Shown one piece after another: positions 47,122 to 57,772 of a DNA stretch of 64,000 bases. Below the pieces are notes generated by a model that saw only the letters and a list, made by a program, of their open reading frames with translations, made no database searches and was not told the DNA's origin. Origin of the DNA: Candidatus Altimarinota bacterium (GTDB lineage: Bacteria > Patescibacteriota > Gracilibacteria > UBA1369 > JBGAUX01); the NCBI GenBank assembly GCA_044228405.1, contig JBGAUX010000001.1, positions 21,414 to 85,413 of the forward strand, written 5' to 3'. Each line of letters starts with the position of its first letter. The stretch's first letter is position 1. The position numbers were made by a program, and so were the translations under genes.

Positions 47122-48384
47122 CTACTTTAATTCTTTCAATGCTTTAACGATGTTTTTGGCAGCATCTTCGTCAATTCCCTCAATAGAAGCAAAATCTTTA
47201 GCACTCAAGCCTTTGATTTGTTCAATTAGAGTCAAATTTGCTTCTTTCAACTGCTCAATTAATTCTGCATCAATGTCTAAGCTATCTACTGTTCTATTTT
47301 TAGCACTTTCAGCATTTTCTTCTTTAACTTTTTTAGCCTCATCTTTAAGCTCAGAAATGTCCAAAATGTCTAGTTCCCAACCTGTTAAAATAGATGCCAA
47401 TCTTACATTTTGACCGCTTTTACCAATAGCAAGTGGTCTTTGGTCCGATTGTACATATATTTTAGCTCTCTTTTCTTTTTCATTAAGATCAATATATGTC
47501 ACTTTTGCAGGTGCTAAAGCAGTTTTGATGTACTTATCAGGATCAGCATCAAACTGAATAATATCCAGTCTTTCACCATTCAATTCATCCATTACACTTT
47601 GCACTCTAACTCCCTTTTGACCCACACATGAGCCAATAGGATCGATTTTTTCGTCTTCAGATTGCACAGCAACTTTAGAACGCACACCAGCATCTCGAGC
47701 AATTCCCATAATTTTAACTAAGCCAGATTTAACTTCTGGGATTTCTAATTCCAATAGTTTAGCAATCAACTGTGGGTGCCTTCGAGAAATGTCTAATTGA
47801 GGCCCTTTGCTTGTTTTTAAAACCTTATTTAAATAAAGCTTAATTCTTTGACCAGCATAATATTTTTCACCATGAATTTGTTGATCATAGCCTAAGATAG
47901 TCGTAATTTTGTTGTCCAAAGTCACATAAACAGTGTTCCCACTATCAACTCTGTGTACAACTGCATTAATAAGTTCGTTTTCACGATCTTTAAATGTGTC
48001 GTACATAACATCTCTTTCAGCCTCTTGAACTCTTTGAATAATAACTTGTTTTGCCGCTTGTGCTGCAATTCTTCCGTATCCTGGAGGAGTAACATCTACT
48101 CTCAAAACATCACCAATTTCAATGCTTTTGTCATATTTTTGTGCCTCTTTAACAGCGATTTCTAAATTAGAATCGTCAGCTTTGCTCACTACAGTGCGTA
48201 GCAAAAAGATTGTGGCTAAACCAGAATTAGGATCAATATCCACCTCAACATCTTGGTCTCTGTGCCCATAATCTTTTTTGTATGCTGTTTTCAAAGCCGC
48301 TTTAATCGTCTCAATAACAGAATCTTTTGGTATGTTCTTTTCGTCGCAAAGCTGGTTGATTGCAGCTATAAATTGACTCTGCAT
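47122..48384 (-). CDS. nusA: Transcription termination/antitermination factor NusA
   Basis: An N-terminal domain, then S1, then KH domains (IGKSGQNVRLAS). ATG at 48384 (MQSQFIAAINQLCDEKNI) fits the NusA N-terminus better than the ORF track start at 48429. Confidence 0.93.
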   Translation of the reverse strand: MQSQFIAAINQLCDEKNIPKDSVIETIKAALKTAYKKDYGHRDQDVEVDIDPNSGLATIFLLRTVVSKADDSNLEIAVKEAQKYDKSIEIGDVLRVDVTPPGYGRIAAQAAKQVIIQRVQEAERDVMYDTFKDRENELINAVVHRVDSGNTVYVTLDNKITTILGYDQQIHGEKYYAGQRIKLYLNKVLKTSKGPQLDISRRHPQLIAKLLELEIPEVKSGLVKIMGIARDAGVRSKVAVQSEDEKIDPIGSCVGQKGVRVQSVMDELNGERLDIIQFDADPDKYIKTALAPAKVTYIDLNEKEKRAKIYVQSDQRPLAIGKSGQNVRLASILTGWELDILDISELKDEAKKVKEENAESAKNRTVDSLDIDAELIEQLKEANLTLIEQIKGLSAKDFASIEGIDEDAAKNIVKALKELK

Positions 48385-48449
48385 AATATTTAATAAGGAT
48401 GTAAAAAACCCAGCAAACGAATAATTCATTTACTGACTACATATTTACT

Positions 48450-48899
48450 TTAACAGCGTTCTAGCACTTTGTAAATAGTATCTGGTGTAAAACCTCGATT
48501 TTTCAGGTAACTGAAGGCTTTATTCTTTCGCTTTAAGGGGTCTAAATTTTCAAGAACTCTCGCTTTTTTGGCAATTAACTCTTGGGCCGTTTCCAATTCG
48601 TTTGCCGCTAAAACTTGGTCTGCCAATACGCTTGAAATGATATCTTTTGAAACACCTTTCTTCATTAGGTCATACTTGATTTTAAGTTGCCCACAGCTAC
48701 GATTAGCCAGTTTGTAACTTAAATATTTTTTAGCAAATTCCAAGTCGTTTAAATACGAATGCTCCTTTAAATATGTAATCACTTCTTCAATTTCCTCCCT
48801 AGTTTCAAATTTCTTCCTAAGCTTATCACTAATCTCTTTAATCGAGTGGTCCCGAATAGAAAGATAGTGATAAGCCTTATTTAATATGTCAGTGTTCAT
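48450..48899 (-). CDS. recX: RecA regulator RecX
   Basis: 149-aa helical-repeat protein (YLSIRDHSIKEI, FAKKYL, AFSYLKNRGF). It lies directly downstream of recA with no intergenic gap. Confidence 0.85.
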   Translation of the reverse strand: MNTDILNKAYHYLSIRDHSIKEISDKLRKKFETREEIEEVITYLKEHSYLNDLEFAKKYLSYKLANRSCGQLKIKYDLMKKGVSKDIISSVLADQVLAANELETAQELIAKKARVLENLDPLKRKNKAFSYLKNRGFTPDTIYKVLERC

Positions 48900-50006
48900 T
48901 TATTTTTTAGCAGTTGTTTTACCAGCTTTTTCAACAACATCAGCAATAGCTTCTTCCGTAACATCTTCATTTGGCAGACTAATTTCTACATCATCAGCGG
49001 GTAGCTCACCAGTACTCATTAATTTCAATAAGCTTCCAGCAATTTCACCTGTGATCTTTTTATTTGCCTCAAGAAATTTCTTCGCAGCTTCTCTACCTTG
49101 ACCAAGTTTTGTTTCTCCATAGCTATAAAACGCTCCAGCCTTTCGAGTAACATTAAACTTACTAGATAGATCTAACAAATCGCCTTCGTACGAGATACCA
49201 GAGTTGTACATAATATCGAATTCAGCTGTTTTAAACGGAGGAGCAACTTTATTTTTAACAATTTTCACTTTTACACGAGTACCAATTGCATTTTTATCGT
49301 CACCTGTGCCTTCTTCAATTTTACCTTTGCTTCTAATTTCCATTCTTACAGAAGAGTAAAACTTTAGAGCATTACCACCTGTTGTAGTTTCTGGATTACC
49401 AAACATTACACCTATTTTCATTCTCAACTGGTTGATAAAAATTACAGTTGTTTTAGAACGAGAAATAGCAGCAGTTAGCTTTCTTAGTGCTTGACTCATA
49501 AGTCTTGCTTGTAGGCCCATATGCGAATCACCCATTTCACCTTCAATTTCAGCTCTAGGTGTTAAAGCCGCCACAGAATCCACAACAATTACATCTAATG
49601 CATTTGATCTCACTAGTGTTTCCACAATTTCTAAAGCCTGTTCACCACTATCTGGCTGAGAAATAATTAAGTTATCTATGTTAACACCAATGCGTTTTGC
49701 ATATTCTGGATCCAAAGCGTGCTCAGCATCTACAAAAGCAACCTGACCGCCACTTTTTTGCGCCTCAGCAACAATGTGTAGTGTTAATGTTGTTTTACCA
49801 GACGCTTCTGGCCCATAAATTTCCACTATTCTTCCGCGTGGAATACCACCACCCAAAGCCAAATCCAAAGAGATTGAGCCAGTTGGTATAGTTTCTACAA
49901 CGGAACTTCTAGATTCTCCAAGGCGCATTACTGTGCCTTTGCCAAAGTTTTTTTCTATTTGTGTTAGAGCAAGGTCTAACGCTTTTTTCTTGTCCTGATT
50001 TGTCAT
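48900..50006 (-). CDS. recA: Recombinase RecA
   Basis: Motifs [17 protein letters not shown], Walker [20 protein letters not shown] and [22 protein letters not shown]. The ATG at 50006 is preferred over 50054. Confidence 0.97.
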   Translation of the reverse strand: MTNQDKKKALDLALTQIEKNFGKGTVMRLGESRSSVVETIPTGSISLDLALGGGIPRGRIVEIYGPEASGKTTLTLHIVAEAQKSGGQVAFVDAEHALDPEYAKRIGVNIDNLIISQPDSGEQALEIVETLVRSNALDVIVVDSVAALTPRAEIEGEMGDSHMGLQARLMSQALRKLTAAISRSKTTVIFINQLRMKIGVMFGNPETTTGGNALKFYSSVRMEIRSKGKIEEGTGDDKNAIGTRVKVKIVKNKVAPPFKTAEFDIMYNSGISYEGDLLDLSSKFNVTRKAGAFYSYGETKLGQGREAAKKFLEANKKITGEIAGSLLKLMSTGELPADDVEISLPNEDVTEEAIADVVEKAGKTTAKK

Positions 50007-50160
50007 TATTTTGAGGTAAGAATATATTTGATCTAAGTATAGGTGAGTGTACACTCACCAGTCAAGGAGAAAATTTATTCCCCTGAAAAGAGCCTAGCTA
50101 AGCCAAATCAACATCAAGCTATCAAAAGATTGTGAAAAAAATATAAAGAATCTCTAAAAT

Positions 50161-50427
50161 TTATTTCTTTGCTAGAGGATTATCTGGGATATGAAAGAAC
50201 TTTTTAATGCTAGCTTCTGTGCCAAAAGCCACATTTTTAGATCCACATTCTTTACATTTATACATATACTTCGTGCCAATTTTTTCCACTTCAGGCAGGC
50301 GATTACAGTCTTTACAGTAAAACATTATCGGGCCTCTATCTTCGGGTTTTCCGTAGTATTGCGTTGTATCTTCCTTGGGTTCATCAAGATCGATATTTGG
50401 TACAGGGTTGCTAGTAAATTTCGTCAT
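50161..50427 (-). CDS. Small zinc-ribbon protein (88 aa)
   Basis: Two CxxC pairs (CKDC ... CKEC) spaced like a zinc ribbon. I recognise no family. Confidence 0.5.
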   Translation of the reverse strand: MTKFTSNPVPNIDLDEPKEDTTQYYGKPEDRGPIMFYCKDCNRLPEVEKIGTKYMYKCKECGSKNVAFGTEASIKKFFHIPDNPLAKK

Positions 50428-50433
50428 AAAAAA

Positions 50434-51129
50434 TTATAAATCCATTCTCCAAGGTTGCGTATTTAGTGTTTCTCTTACACCGCTACGAACATTGTTTTTG
50501 TTATCAGTTGTAGAAAATTTTGTTAGTGCAGAGTCAACTTTATGAGCTGTTTCTTTTTGTTCCTTCAAATCTCTTTGTTCTCTTGCCTGAGGTTTTATTT
50601 CGATTAAAGGCTCTAATTTTCCACTTTCAAATTCTAAAGTATTAACCTTTTTCTTTTCAATTAAAATCGATGCCAAAAGTAGCAATGCACTGCCCAAAAA
50701 GGCGATAGTCATACCAAATCTAGAGTCTTTAAGTGCAATGTTCACGCCAAATTTAGCATGAAAATAAACAGAATTAACAAGAATTAGTAAAAAAATGTTC
50801 ATTGCTCCAACTGCAATGTGTAAATGATTTGCCTTCATGGGCAAACGAGGAGCTTTTTTATCAAAAATCGATAACAGCGGAAGTGACAATGCAAGTCCAG
50901 AAGCAAGTAATATCACAAAACCAGCCAAATAAAGTGGACCAGTTATACCTAAAAACATATCGCCAGTTTTAAAGGCATCAAGGTCTTCGTACCAAGGCAT
51001 AAAAACACTAATTAGCGTTAAAAATGAACCCAAAACAATTAATTTTGAGTAGAGATTAAGTGCTAGAAACCTATTTTTGATTCTTTCAGTATTCATAATT
51101 AAGTAAAAACACTGCCCCCACAATATCAC
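50434..51129 (-). CDS. Multi-pass membrane protein, hypothetical
   Basis: About five hydrophobic helices followed by a charged C-terminal tail. No family recognised. Confidence 0.55.
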   Translation of the reverse strand: MILWGQCFYLIMNTERIKNRFLALNLYSKLIVLGSFLTLISVFMPWYEDLDAFKTGDMFLGITGPLYLAGFVILLASGLALSLPLLSIFDKKAPRLPMKANHLHIAVGAMNIFLLILVNSVYFHAKFGVNIALKDSRFGMTIAFLGSALLLLASILIEKKKVNTLEFESGKLEPLIEIKPQAREQRDLKEQKETAHKVDSALTKFSTTDNKNNVRSGVRETLNTQPWRMDL

Positions 51130-51216
51130 AAAGCCTGTTTTTGTAAAGCTCGCTACAGCTTGCTCAAATTTAAACTAGTGCTTATTCTAGGGTAAATTGA
51201 GTAAATGCGAATAATT

Positions 51217-52332
51217 ATGAAAATAGCAATTGATATCAGGGATGCCTGCGGCGAAAAAACCGGTAAAGGTTGGTATACTTTTCATCTTGTTCACGAATTA
51301 TTGAAAGCCGACACAGGTAACGAATATTTGCTTTACACCAACAAAAAAACAAAAGAATTTTCTCACTACAAAAATACAACTGTAAAGTTTGTTGAAGGCA
51401 AAGGTTTGTGGTGGCATTTTAAGGCCCTGAAGGCAATTAAAAGCGAAAAAGCTGACATATTTATCGCTCCCACAAGCTACATAATCCCTGCTCTAGCGCC
51501 AAAATCACTTAAAACATTTGTGGTAGTACACGACTTGGTTGCCTTTTTATTTCCCGAAAATCACAATAAAAAAGCAGTTATTATTGAAAAATTCACTTTA
51601 AAAAGAGCAGTAAATAAATGCACTCAAGTGATTGCAGTTTCGCAAAATACTAAAAACGACTTGGTTGCCAAATTCCCTTTGGTTAAAGAAAAAACAAGTG
51701 TTGTCTACCCAGCTGTTGCCAGCCAATTTAAACCATTAGAGCAAAAATTAGATGCTTGGCAACAAGAAAGGCAGCTCCCAAAACACTTTTTTTTATGTGT
51801 TGGCACCTTGGAGCCTCGCAAAAATTTAGAAAATACTCTTCAAGCGCACTCACTTTTAATAGACAGGAAAAAGAAAAAAAACGAAAACCCACACCTCGTA
51901 ATTATTGGCGCAAGGGGATGGCAATTCAAAAAAATATTTGCTCGCCTGCAAAAACTTGGCACAGCAGATTATGTCGTTTTTAAGGGATATGTTAGTAGTG
52001 AAGAGCTCGTAAAATACTACAACACGGCACTAGCCTTAGTTTTCCCATCTTTATATGAAGGATTTGGTTTGCCACCCTTAGAAGCCATGAAATGCGCTTG
52101 CCCAGTGATTTCTTCCGCATTAGGATCTTTACCAGAAGTGGTGGAAAATGCAGGGCTTTTGATAAATCCCAATAGCGTTAAAGATCTAGCAAAAGCGATG
52201 GAAAAGATCTATCATGATCACGAACTAAGGTTGGAATTATCGTTAAGGGGATTGCTACAGGCAGAGAAATTTGATTGGCAAAAATCGGCAGCAAAAATCA
52301 TCAACTTAATTAAAAATGCAGGAAGTAAGTAA
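51217..52332 (+). CDS. Glycosyltransferase family 4 (GT-B fold)
   Basis: C-terminal Glycos_transf_1 signature: ALVFPSLYEGFGLPPLEAM. The ATG at 51217 is preferred. Confidence 0.85.
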   Translation: MKIAIDIRDACGEKTGKGWYTFHLVHELLKADTGNEYLLYTNKKTKEFSHYKNTTVKFVEGKGLWWHFKALKAIKSEKADIFIAPTSYIIPALAPKSLKTFVVVHDLVAFLFPENHNKKAVIIEKFTLKRAVNKCTQVIAVSQNTKNDLVAKFPLVKEKTSVVYPAVASQFKPLEQKLDAWQQERQLPKHFFLCVGTLEPRKNLENTLQAHSLLIDRKKKKNENPHLVIIGARGWQFKKIFARLQKLGTADYVVFKGYVSSEELVKYYNTALALVFPSLYEGFGLPPLEAMKCACPVISSALGSLPEVVENAGLLINPNSVKDLAKAMEKIYHDHELRLELSLRGLLQAEKFDWQKSAAKIINLIKNAGSK

Positions 52333-53206
52333 CCGCAAAATTGTAAAAATTGGCATAATCACAAAGAGTACAATTGGCGTACACGAGGAGTTTTTACGTG
52401 GTTTAATGAAGTTTTTGAAGGAGGAGAAAAAGGAAGTTTTTTTAGATACAAATGCGCAAATGGTTTTGTCGGGACAGTCTGGTTTAAGCCATATGGAGCT
52501 GCTTCAAACTATGGATATGGTTATGGTTTTGGGTGGTGACGGTACACTTTTAAAAACAGCACGTAGTTTAGGCAGAAAGGTAACCCCTGTGTTAGGTATT
52601 AATTTCGGGAGCTTGGGATTTCTTACCGAGCTGGACCCAAAACACCTATTTAATGGCTTAAAAAGCATATTCGCAGGCAACTACAACATAGATAAACGCA
52701 GTCTTTTAAGAGTAACTCTTTACCGCAACAACAAGAAATTCGGCACATTCCTAGCCCTAAATGAGGTTGTGGTTAATCAAGGTGCAATAGCCCGACTAAT
52801 CAACTTAAGGTTAGAAGTGGATCAACGAAAGATGTTAACGCTAGATGCAGATGGCATAATATTGGCTACACCAACCGGTTCAACAGGACATTCACTTTCA
52901 GCTGGAGGCCCAATTGTACACCCGGAAATACTTGGAATGTTGATTACCCCAATCTGCCCTTCTTCGCTTACACTACGCCCAATTGTGATACCAATGAACA
53001 AGCAAGTGAAGGTGATTTTGCAAACCAAACGCCGTGATGAAAAATCAAATATCGGCTTAACCATTGACGGACAACAGTGTGTTAGCCTTGAATATGGAGA
53101 TGAAATTAGAGTGAGAAAATCAAAAAGAAGCCTATATTTAATTAGGTTGAAACACAGACAATACTACCGCGTACTGCGAAAAAAACTCAATTGGGGCGGA
53201 GAATAA
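52316..53206 (+). CDS. nadK: NAD kinase
   Basis: Motifs GGDGTLL, NFGSLGFL and PTGSTGHSLSAGGPIV. Confidence 0.9.
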   Translation: MQEVSNRKIVKIGIITKSTIGVHEEFLRGLMKFLKEEKKEVFLDTNAQMVLSGQSGLSHMELLQTMDMVMVLGGDGTLLKTARSLGRKVTPVLGINFGSLGFLTELDPKHLFNGLKSIFAGNYNIDKRSLLRVTLYRNNKKFGTFLALNEVVVNQGAIARLINLRLEVDQRKMLTLDADGIILATPTGSTGHSLSAGGPIVHPEILGMLITPICPSSLTLRPIVIPMNKQVKVILQTKRRDEKSNIGLTIDGQQCVSLEYGDEIRVRKSKRSLYLIRLKHRQYYRVLRKKLNWGGE

Positions 53207-53270
53207 ATTTAATTTTGTAATAAAAACGGTCTCTGTGTATTTAACATGCAGATTTGTTAATTAAATTTTT

Positions 53271-53750
53271 ATGATTACAGCAACTAGACAGCTTTACCCA
53301 GACTATGCAAATGACACCAGGCATGTTGATGGTGCAACATTTAAAATTACTCAAATGAACTTACGAGTAGCAGCTCGGGCGTTTAATAATTGCCGTCCAG
53401 CAGAGACTGATCAAGCTTATAAAAGGTTAGGTGCAGATTTGCAGGAAATACAAATAAGATTAGACAGACTTTCCAGCTACGACGCGCAAGGGTCTGATTA
53501 TAAAACTATAATGAACGCCATAGATAACTGGTGTTTGAGAGTAAGTGCTTATTTAGATCAAACAACTCAAGTGAGTACGCGTTCTGGTATTTTGCGAGTT
53601 TTTAGTGTTGGACGAAGGGCAACAGCAAGTCCAGACCACGCTGTTCAATTAAGGGGCGCGCTTGCTCGTGTAAGGGCATCAACAGCCGAGAGCGTTATGC
53701 ATAGATATTTTGACGCTCCAGATGTAGGTTTCGAAGCAGCTTATGCTTAG
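53271..53750 (+). CDS. Hypothetical 159-aa protein, Arg/Ala-rich relative to neighbours
   Basis: ORF only. It has no TM helix or signal peptide. The composition looks more GC-rich than flanking genes by eye. Confidence 0.5.
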   Translation: MITATRQLYPDYANDTRHVDGATFKITQMNLRVAARAFNNCRPAETDQAYKRLGADLQEIQIRLDRLSSYDAQGSDYKTIMNAIDNWCLRVSAYLDQTTQVSTRSGILRVFSVGRRATASPDHAVQLRGALARVRASTAESVMHRYFDAPDVGFEAAYA

Positions 53751-53765
53751 AGTAAACGCCTGTGC

Positions 53766-56381
53766 TTAAAGCTTCACATTCTTAGATATAATTGCAGCTT
53801 GAGCCGCAGAAAGCCTAGCAATAGGCACTCTAAAAGGTGAACAACTCACAAAATCCAAACCTAGGTTGTGGCAAAATTTCACAGATTCAGGGTCGCCACC
53901 ATGTTCACCGCATATGCCAATCTCCATTTCCGGATTGGTGGCTCTGCCTTTTTCAACAGCAATTTGCATTAGTGCTCCAACACCTTCGGTGTCTAAAGTT
54001 TCAGAAGGATCGCGCTCAACAATGCCTTTATTGATATACACATCAATAAATTTACCAATGTCATCGCGAGAAAATCCGTAAACTGTTTGAGTTAAATCGT
54101 TGGTTCCAAAAGAAAAGAAATCAGCTTTTTCTGCTATTTTGTCTGCAGTTAAGCAAGCACGAGGCAATTCAATCATCGTACCAATTTTCACATCAAAATT
54201 TATAGCATCACCATAAGAAGCAATTACCGTTTCAATGTTTTTTCGTACTTCGGCAAGCTCTCGTACATTACCAACTAAAGGCACCTCAATTTCTGGTAGT
54301 GGCTTAATGCCCTCTTTGGCAACATTAATAGCCGCTTCAATAATGGCTTGCACCTGCATTTCGTAAATTTCTGGATAACTAATGCCAAGTCTACAACCAC
54401 GATGCCCCAACATAGGATTCACCTCGTGTAAGCTCTCCACAGTGTTTTTAAGCTCTTCAAATGTTAAACCCATTTCATCGGCCAGCACTTGAATTTTCTT
54501 ATCTTTATCGGGCAAAAATTCATGCAAAGGCGGATCTAATAATCTCACTGTAACTGGCAAACCGTCCATTGCTTTAAAAATTCCTTCAAAATCTTTTCTT
54601 TGAAAAGGAATTAGTTTTTTAAGAGCTCGTTTTCTACCATCAACATCTTTAGATAAAATCATTTCACGCATAGCTTGAATCCTTTCTTCATCAAAAAACA
54701 TGTGCTCAGTACGACAAAGCCCAATACCTTCAGCGCCAAATTCTCGACCTGCTAAAGCGTCTTCTGGGGTGTCTGCATTTGCTCTAACTTTCATAGTTCT
54801 AATTTCATCTGCCCATTTCATCATTATTTCAAAATGACCAGTAATTTCTGGTGTACTCATAGGCATAGAACCAAGCATAATTTCGCCTGTAGAGCCGTTT
54901 AAAGTAATCACATCACCTTCATTAATCACCACATCGCCAATATGAATTTTCTTATGTTTTTTATTAACAATAATATCCTTACAACCAACAATACAGCACT
55001 TACCCATGCCTCTTGCCACCACTGCTGCATGGCTAGTCATACCGCCCAAAGCCGTTAAAATACCAGCAGAGCTATGCATACCATGAATGTCTTCTGGGCT
55101 AGTTTCCTTGCGCACCAAAATCACACTTTCGTTACGATTAGTTGCCCATTCGTAAGCATCGTCAGCGCTAAATACAACCTTTCCGCAAGCCGCTCCAGGA
55201 GAAGCAGGCAAGCCCTTAGCAATAACTTCTTTTGGCGCCTTAGGGTCAATTTGAGGGTGTAATAAGTGATTTAATTGAGCAGGATCAAGCTGTAAAAGCG
55301 CTTCTTCTTTAGTAATCAAGCCTTCATCCACCATTTCAACAGCAACTCTTATGGCCGCTTGAGCAGTTCTTTTACCGTTTCTAGTTTGCAAAAAATACAA
55401 TTTGCCTTCTTCAACTGTAAACTCAATATCTTGCATGTTCTTGTAGTGGTTTTCTAGCTTATCCTTAATCTCTAATAGTTGTTGATAAGCTTCGGGTTGC
55501 ACATCGCCTAAAGTTTCAATTTTCTCAGGTGTTCGCAAACCAGCAACCACATCTTCACCTTGCGCGTTCATCAAATATTCACCATAAAATTCTCTTTCTC
55601 CTGTTGACGGATTACGCGTAAAAGCCACGCCAGTACCAGAAGTTTCGCCCATATTACCAAATACCATTGATTGAATTGTTACCGCAGTACCAAGCAATCC
55701 ATGAATGTTATGAATACGACGATAAGTAACAGCACGAGTATTTACCCAGCTATTAAAAACAGCCTCCATCGCCAGTTGTAACTGTTCATGAGGCTGCATA
55801 GGAAACTCTTTTCCTGATTCATTTTTGACGATATTTTTGTATAGGCCAACTAGATTTTTTAAGTCGTCGACTGTTAAATCGGTATCCAAAACAATTCCCT
55901 TTGACTCCTTAATCGTATCTAGTTCATGTTCAAAAAAGTCATGATCAATACCTAAAACCACATTGCCAAACATAGTAATAAAGCGACGATATGAGTCGAA
56001 AGCAAAACGAGGATTACCAGTTTTAATGGCAAGTCCTTCAACAGTTTCATCATTCAAACCCAAATTCAAAACAGTATCCATCATTCCAGGCATAGACATT
56101 TTGGCTCCAGAACGCACAGAAACTAACAAAGGATTTTCGGCGTCACCAAATTTTTTGCCCATTTTTTCTTCTACAATCGCTAAAGATTCTTGTAATTGTT
56201 TATCAAATCCAACTGGATACCCTTGATTTCTCAAAAAATAATCACAAACACCAGTTGTGATAGTAAATCCAAATGGCACAGGCAAGCCAAGAGTTGTCAT
56301 TTCAGCCAGGTTTGCACCTTTGCCTCCCAACAAATCTTTCATGTCTTTATTGCCCTCACCGAAAAGATAAATATGTTTCAT
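53766..56381 (-). CDS. ppdK: Pyruvate, phosphate dikinase
   Basis: GGKGANLAEM, the phospho-His region GGMTSHAAVVARGMG, a C-terminal PEP-utilising TIM barrel (GICGEHGGDP). 871 aa. Confidence 0.97.
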   Translation of the reverse strand: MKHIYLFGEGNKDMKDLLGGKGANLAEMTTLGLPVPFGFTITTGVCDYFLRNQGYPVGFDKQLQESLAIVEEKMGKKFGDAENPLLVSVRSGAKMSMPGMMDTVLNLGLNDETVEGLAIKTGNPRFAFDSYRRFITMFGNVVLGIDHDFFEHELDTIKESKGIVLDTDLTVDDLKNLVGLYKNIVKNESGKEFPMQPHEQLQLAMEAVFNSWVNTRAVTYRRIHNIHGLLGTAVTIQSMVFGNMGETSGTGVAFTRNPSTGEREFYGEYLMNAQGEDVVAGLRTPEKIETLGDVQPEAYQQLLEIKDKLENHYKNMQDIEFTVEEGKLYFLQTRNGKRTAQAAIRVAVEMVDEGLITKEEALLQLDPAQLNHLLHPQIDPKAPKEVIAKGLPASPGAACGKVVFSADDAYEWATNRNESVILVRKETSPEDIHGMHSSAGILTALGGMTSHAAVVARGMGKCCIVGCKDIIVNKKHKKIHIGDVVINEGDVITLNGSTGEIMLGSMPMSTPEITGHFEIMMKWADEIRTMKVRANADTPEDALAGREFGAEGIGLCRTEHMFFDEERIQAMREMILSKDVDGRKRALKKLIPFQRKDFEGIFKAMDGLPVTVRLLDPPLHEFLPDKDKKIQVLADEMGLTFEELKNTVESLHEVNPMLGHRGCRLGISYPEIYEMQVQAIIEAAINVAKEGIKPLPEIEVPLVGNVRELAEVRKNIETVIASYGDAINFDVKIGTMIELPRACLTADKIAEKADFFSFGTNDLTQTVYGFSRDDIGKFIDVYINKGIVERDPSETLDTEGVGALMQIAVEKGRATNPEMEIGICGEHGGDPESVKFCHNLGLDFVSCSPFRVPIARLSAAQAAIISKNVKL

Positions 56382-56439
56382 AAACAGTAAAATTTACGGG
56401 TGGAAGTATAGCAGTCTGTTTATCCAATGCAAGAAGCAT

Positions 56440-57714
56440 TTAAGCTCCAAAACCACGAATCTTAATAATTTTCGATAATTTATCCATAGCAGTAATAAAT
56501 GCTGCTTGCCTCAACGAGCACTTGTGTTTATCGGCATTGGCACTCACTCTTTCCCACGCACCCACCATAATTGTGCTTAATCTTTGGGCAACATCTTCCG
56601 CAGTCCAGTAGTAATTCATCTTGTTTTGAACTTGCTCAAAATAACTTACCGTAACGCCACCAGCATTAGCTAAAATATCTGGAATAACAATCACTCCGTT
56701 TGCTTCCAAAATTTTATCAGCTTCGGGAGTTGTAGGCCCATTGGCTAATTCTAAAATGTATTTTGCCTTTATTTGAGCCGCATTTACTTTAGTTACTTGA
56801 TTTTCCAAAGCAGACAAAACCAAAATGTCACACTCTGTAGTTAACAATTCTGCATTTGTAACTCTCCTACAACTTTCACCCTGTTTTCCATGCAATTCCG
56901 ACACAATCAAACCACATTCTTGAACAGAGCCTTTTTCGATTTTACAAGTCATCAACTCATCAGGATTAATAACCTGTTCGCAAATTAAGCCACCTTTGGA
57001 GTCGGAAACACCAATAACTTTATAACCTTGGTTAGCCATAATTTTTGCCGCATTGGAGCCAGCATTGCCAAAGCCTTGAATTACTACCGTAGTTTCTTCT
57101 GGCTTTTTACCTATTTTTTTCATGAATTGCTCAAGTACATAAACGCCACCTTGTGCAGTAGCTTCGTTTCTGCCCGCCGAACCACCAAATTCAAGCGGTT
57201 TGCCAGTTACAACACCTAAGTCGTTATAGCCTTTCAAAGTTGAGAATTCATCTGCAAACCAAGCCATTATTTGTGGAGTTGTGTAAACATCTGGAGCAGG
57301 CACATCAATTTCTGGTCCAAAAAACGGACCAATCGCCTGAACATATTTTCTTGTTAAAACCTCCAATTCTCGCTCAGAAAGCTCGTGTGGATCAAGCACA
57401 ATACCGCCTTTTGCACCACCAAGGGGAATGCCAACAACAGAGCATTTAATCGTCATCCAAGTGGCAAGCGCTTTAACCTCACTCATATCAACATCAGGAT
57501 GAAAACGAATACCACCCTTAAAAGGTCCAGCGGCATTGTTATGTTGAACACGGTATCCTTGAAAAACCCTCACAGCACCCGAGTCCATTTTTATCGGTAT
57601 AGAAACTTCAATAATTCTCGTTGGATTACTTAAAATCAATTCAACATCTTTATCTAAACTCATTATCTGGGCAGCTTCACGAATTTGCTGAAGAGTATTT
57701 TCAAAAAGAGACAT
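56440..57714 (-). CDS. gdhA: Glutamate dehydrogenase (Glu/Leu/Phe/Val dehydrogenase family)
   Basis: Motifs GPFKGGIRFHP, LGGAKGG and the Rossmann motif IQGFGNAGS. Confidence 0.93.
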   Translation of the reverse strand: MSLFENTLQQIREAAQIMSLDKDVELILSNPTRIIEVSIPIKMDSGAVRVFQGYRVQHNNAAGPFKGGIRFHPDVDMSEVKALATWMTIKCSVVGIPLGGAKGGIVLDPHELSERELEVLTRKYVQAIGPFFGPEIDVPAPDVYTTPQIMAWFADEFSTLKGYNDLGVVTGKPLEFGGSAGRNEATAQGGVYVLEQFMKKIGKKPEETTVVIQGFGNAGSNAAKIMANQGYKVIGVSDSKGGLICEQVINPDELMTCKIEKGSVQECGLIVSELHGKQGESCRRVTNAELLTTECDILVLSALENQVTKVNAAQIKAKYILELANGPTTPEADKILEANGVIVIPDILANAGGVTVSYFEQVQNKMNYYWTAEDVAQRLSTIMVGAWERVSANADKHKCSLRQAAFITAMDKLSKIIKIRGFGA

Positions 57715-57772
57715 ATATAAGATTAAAAATCTCGGGCATATTATACGATATTTTCAACCTAAGCTAGCCTAA

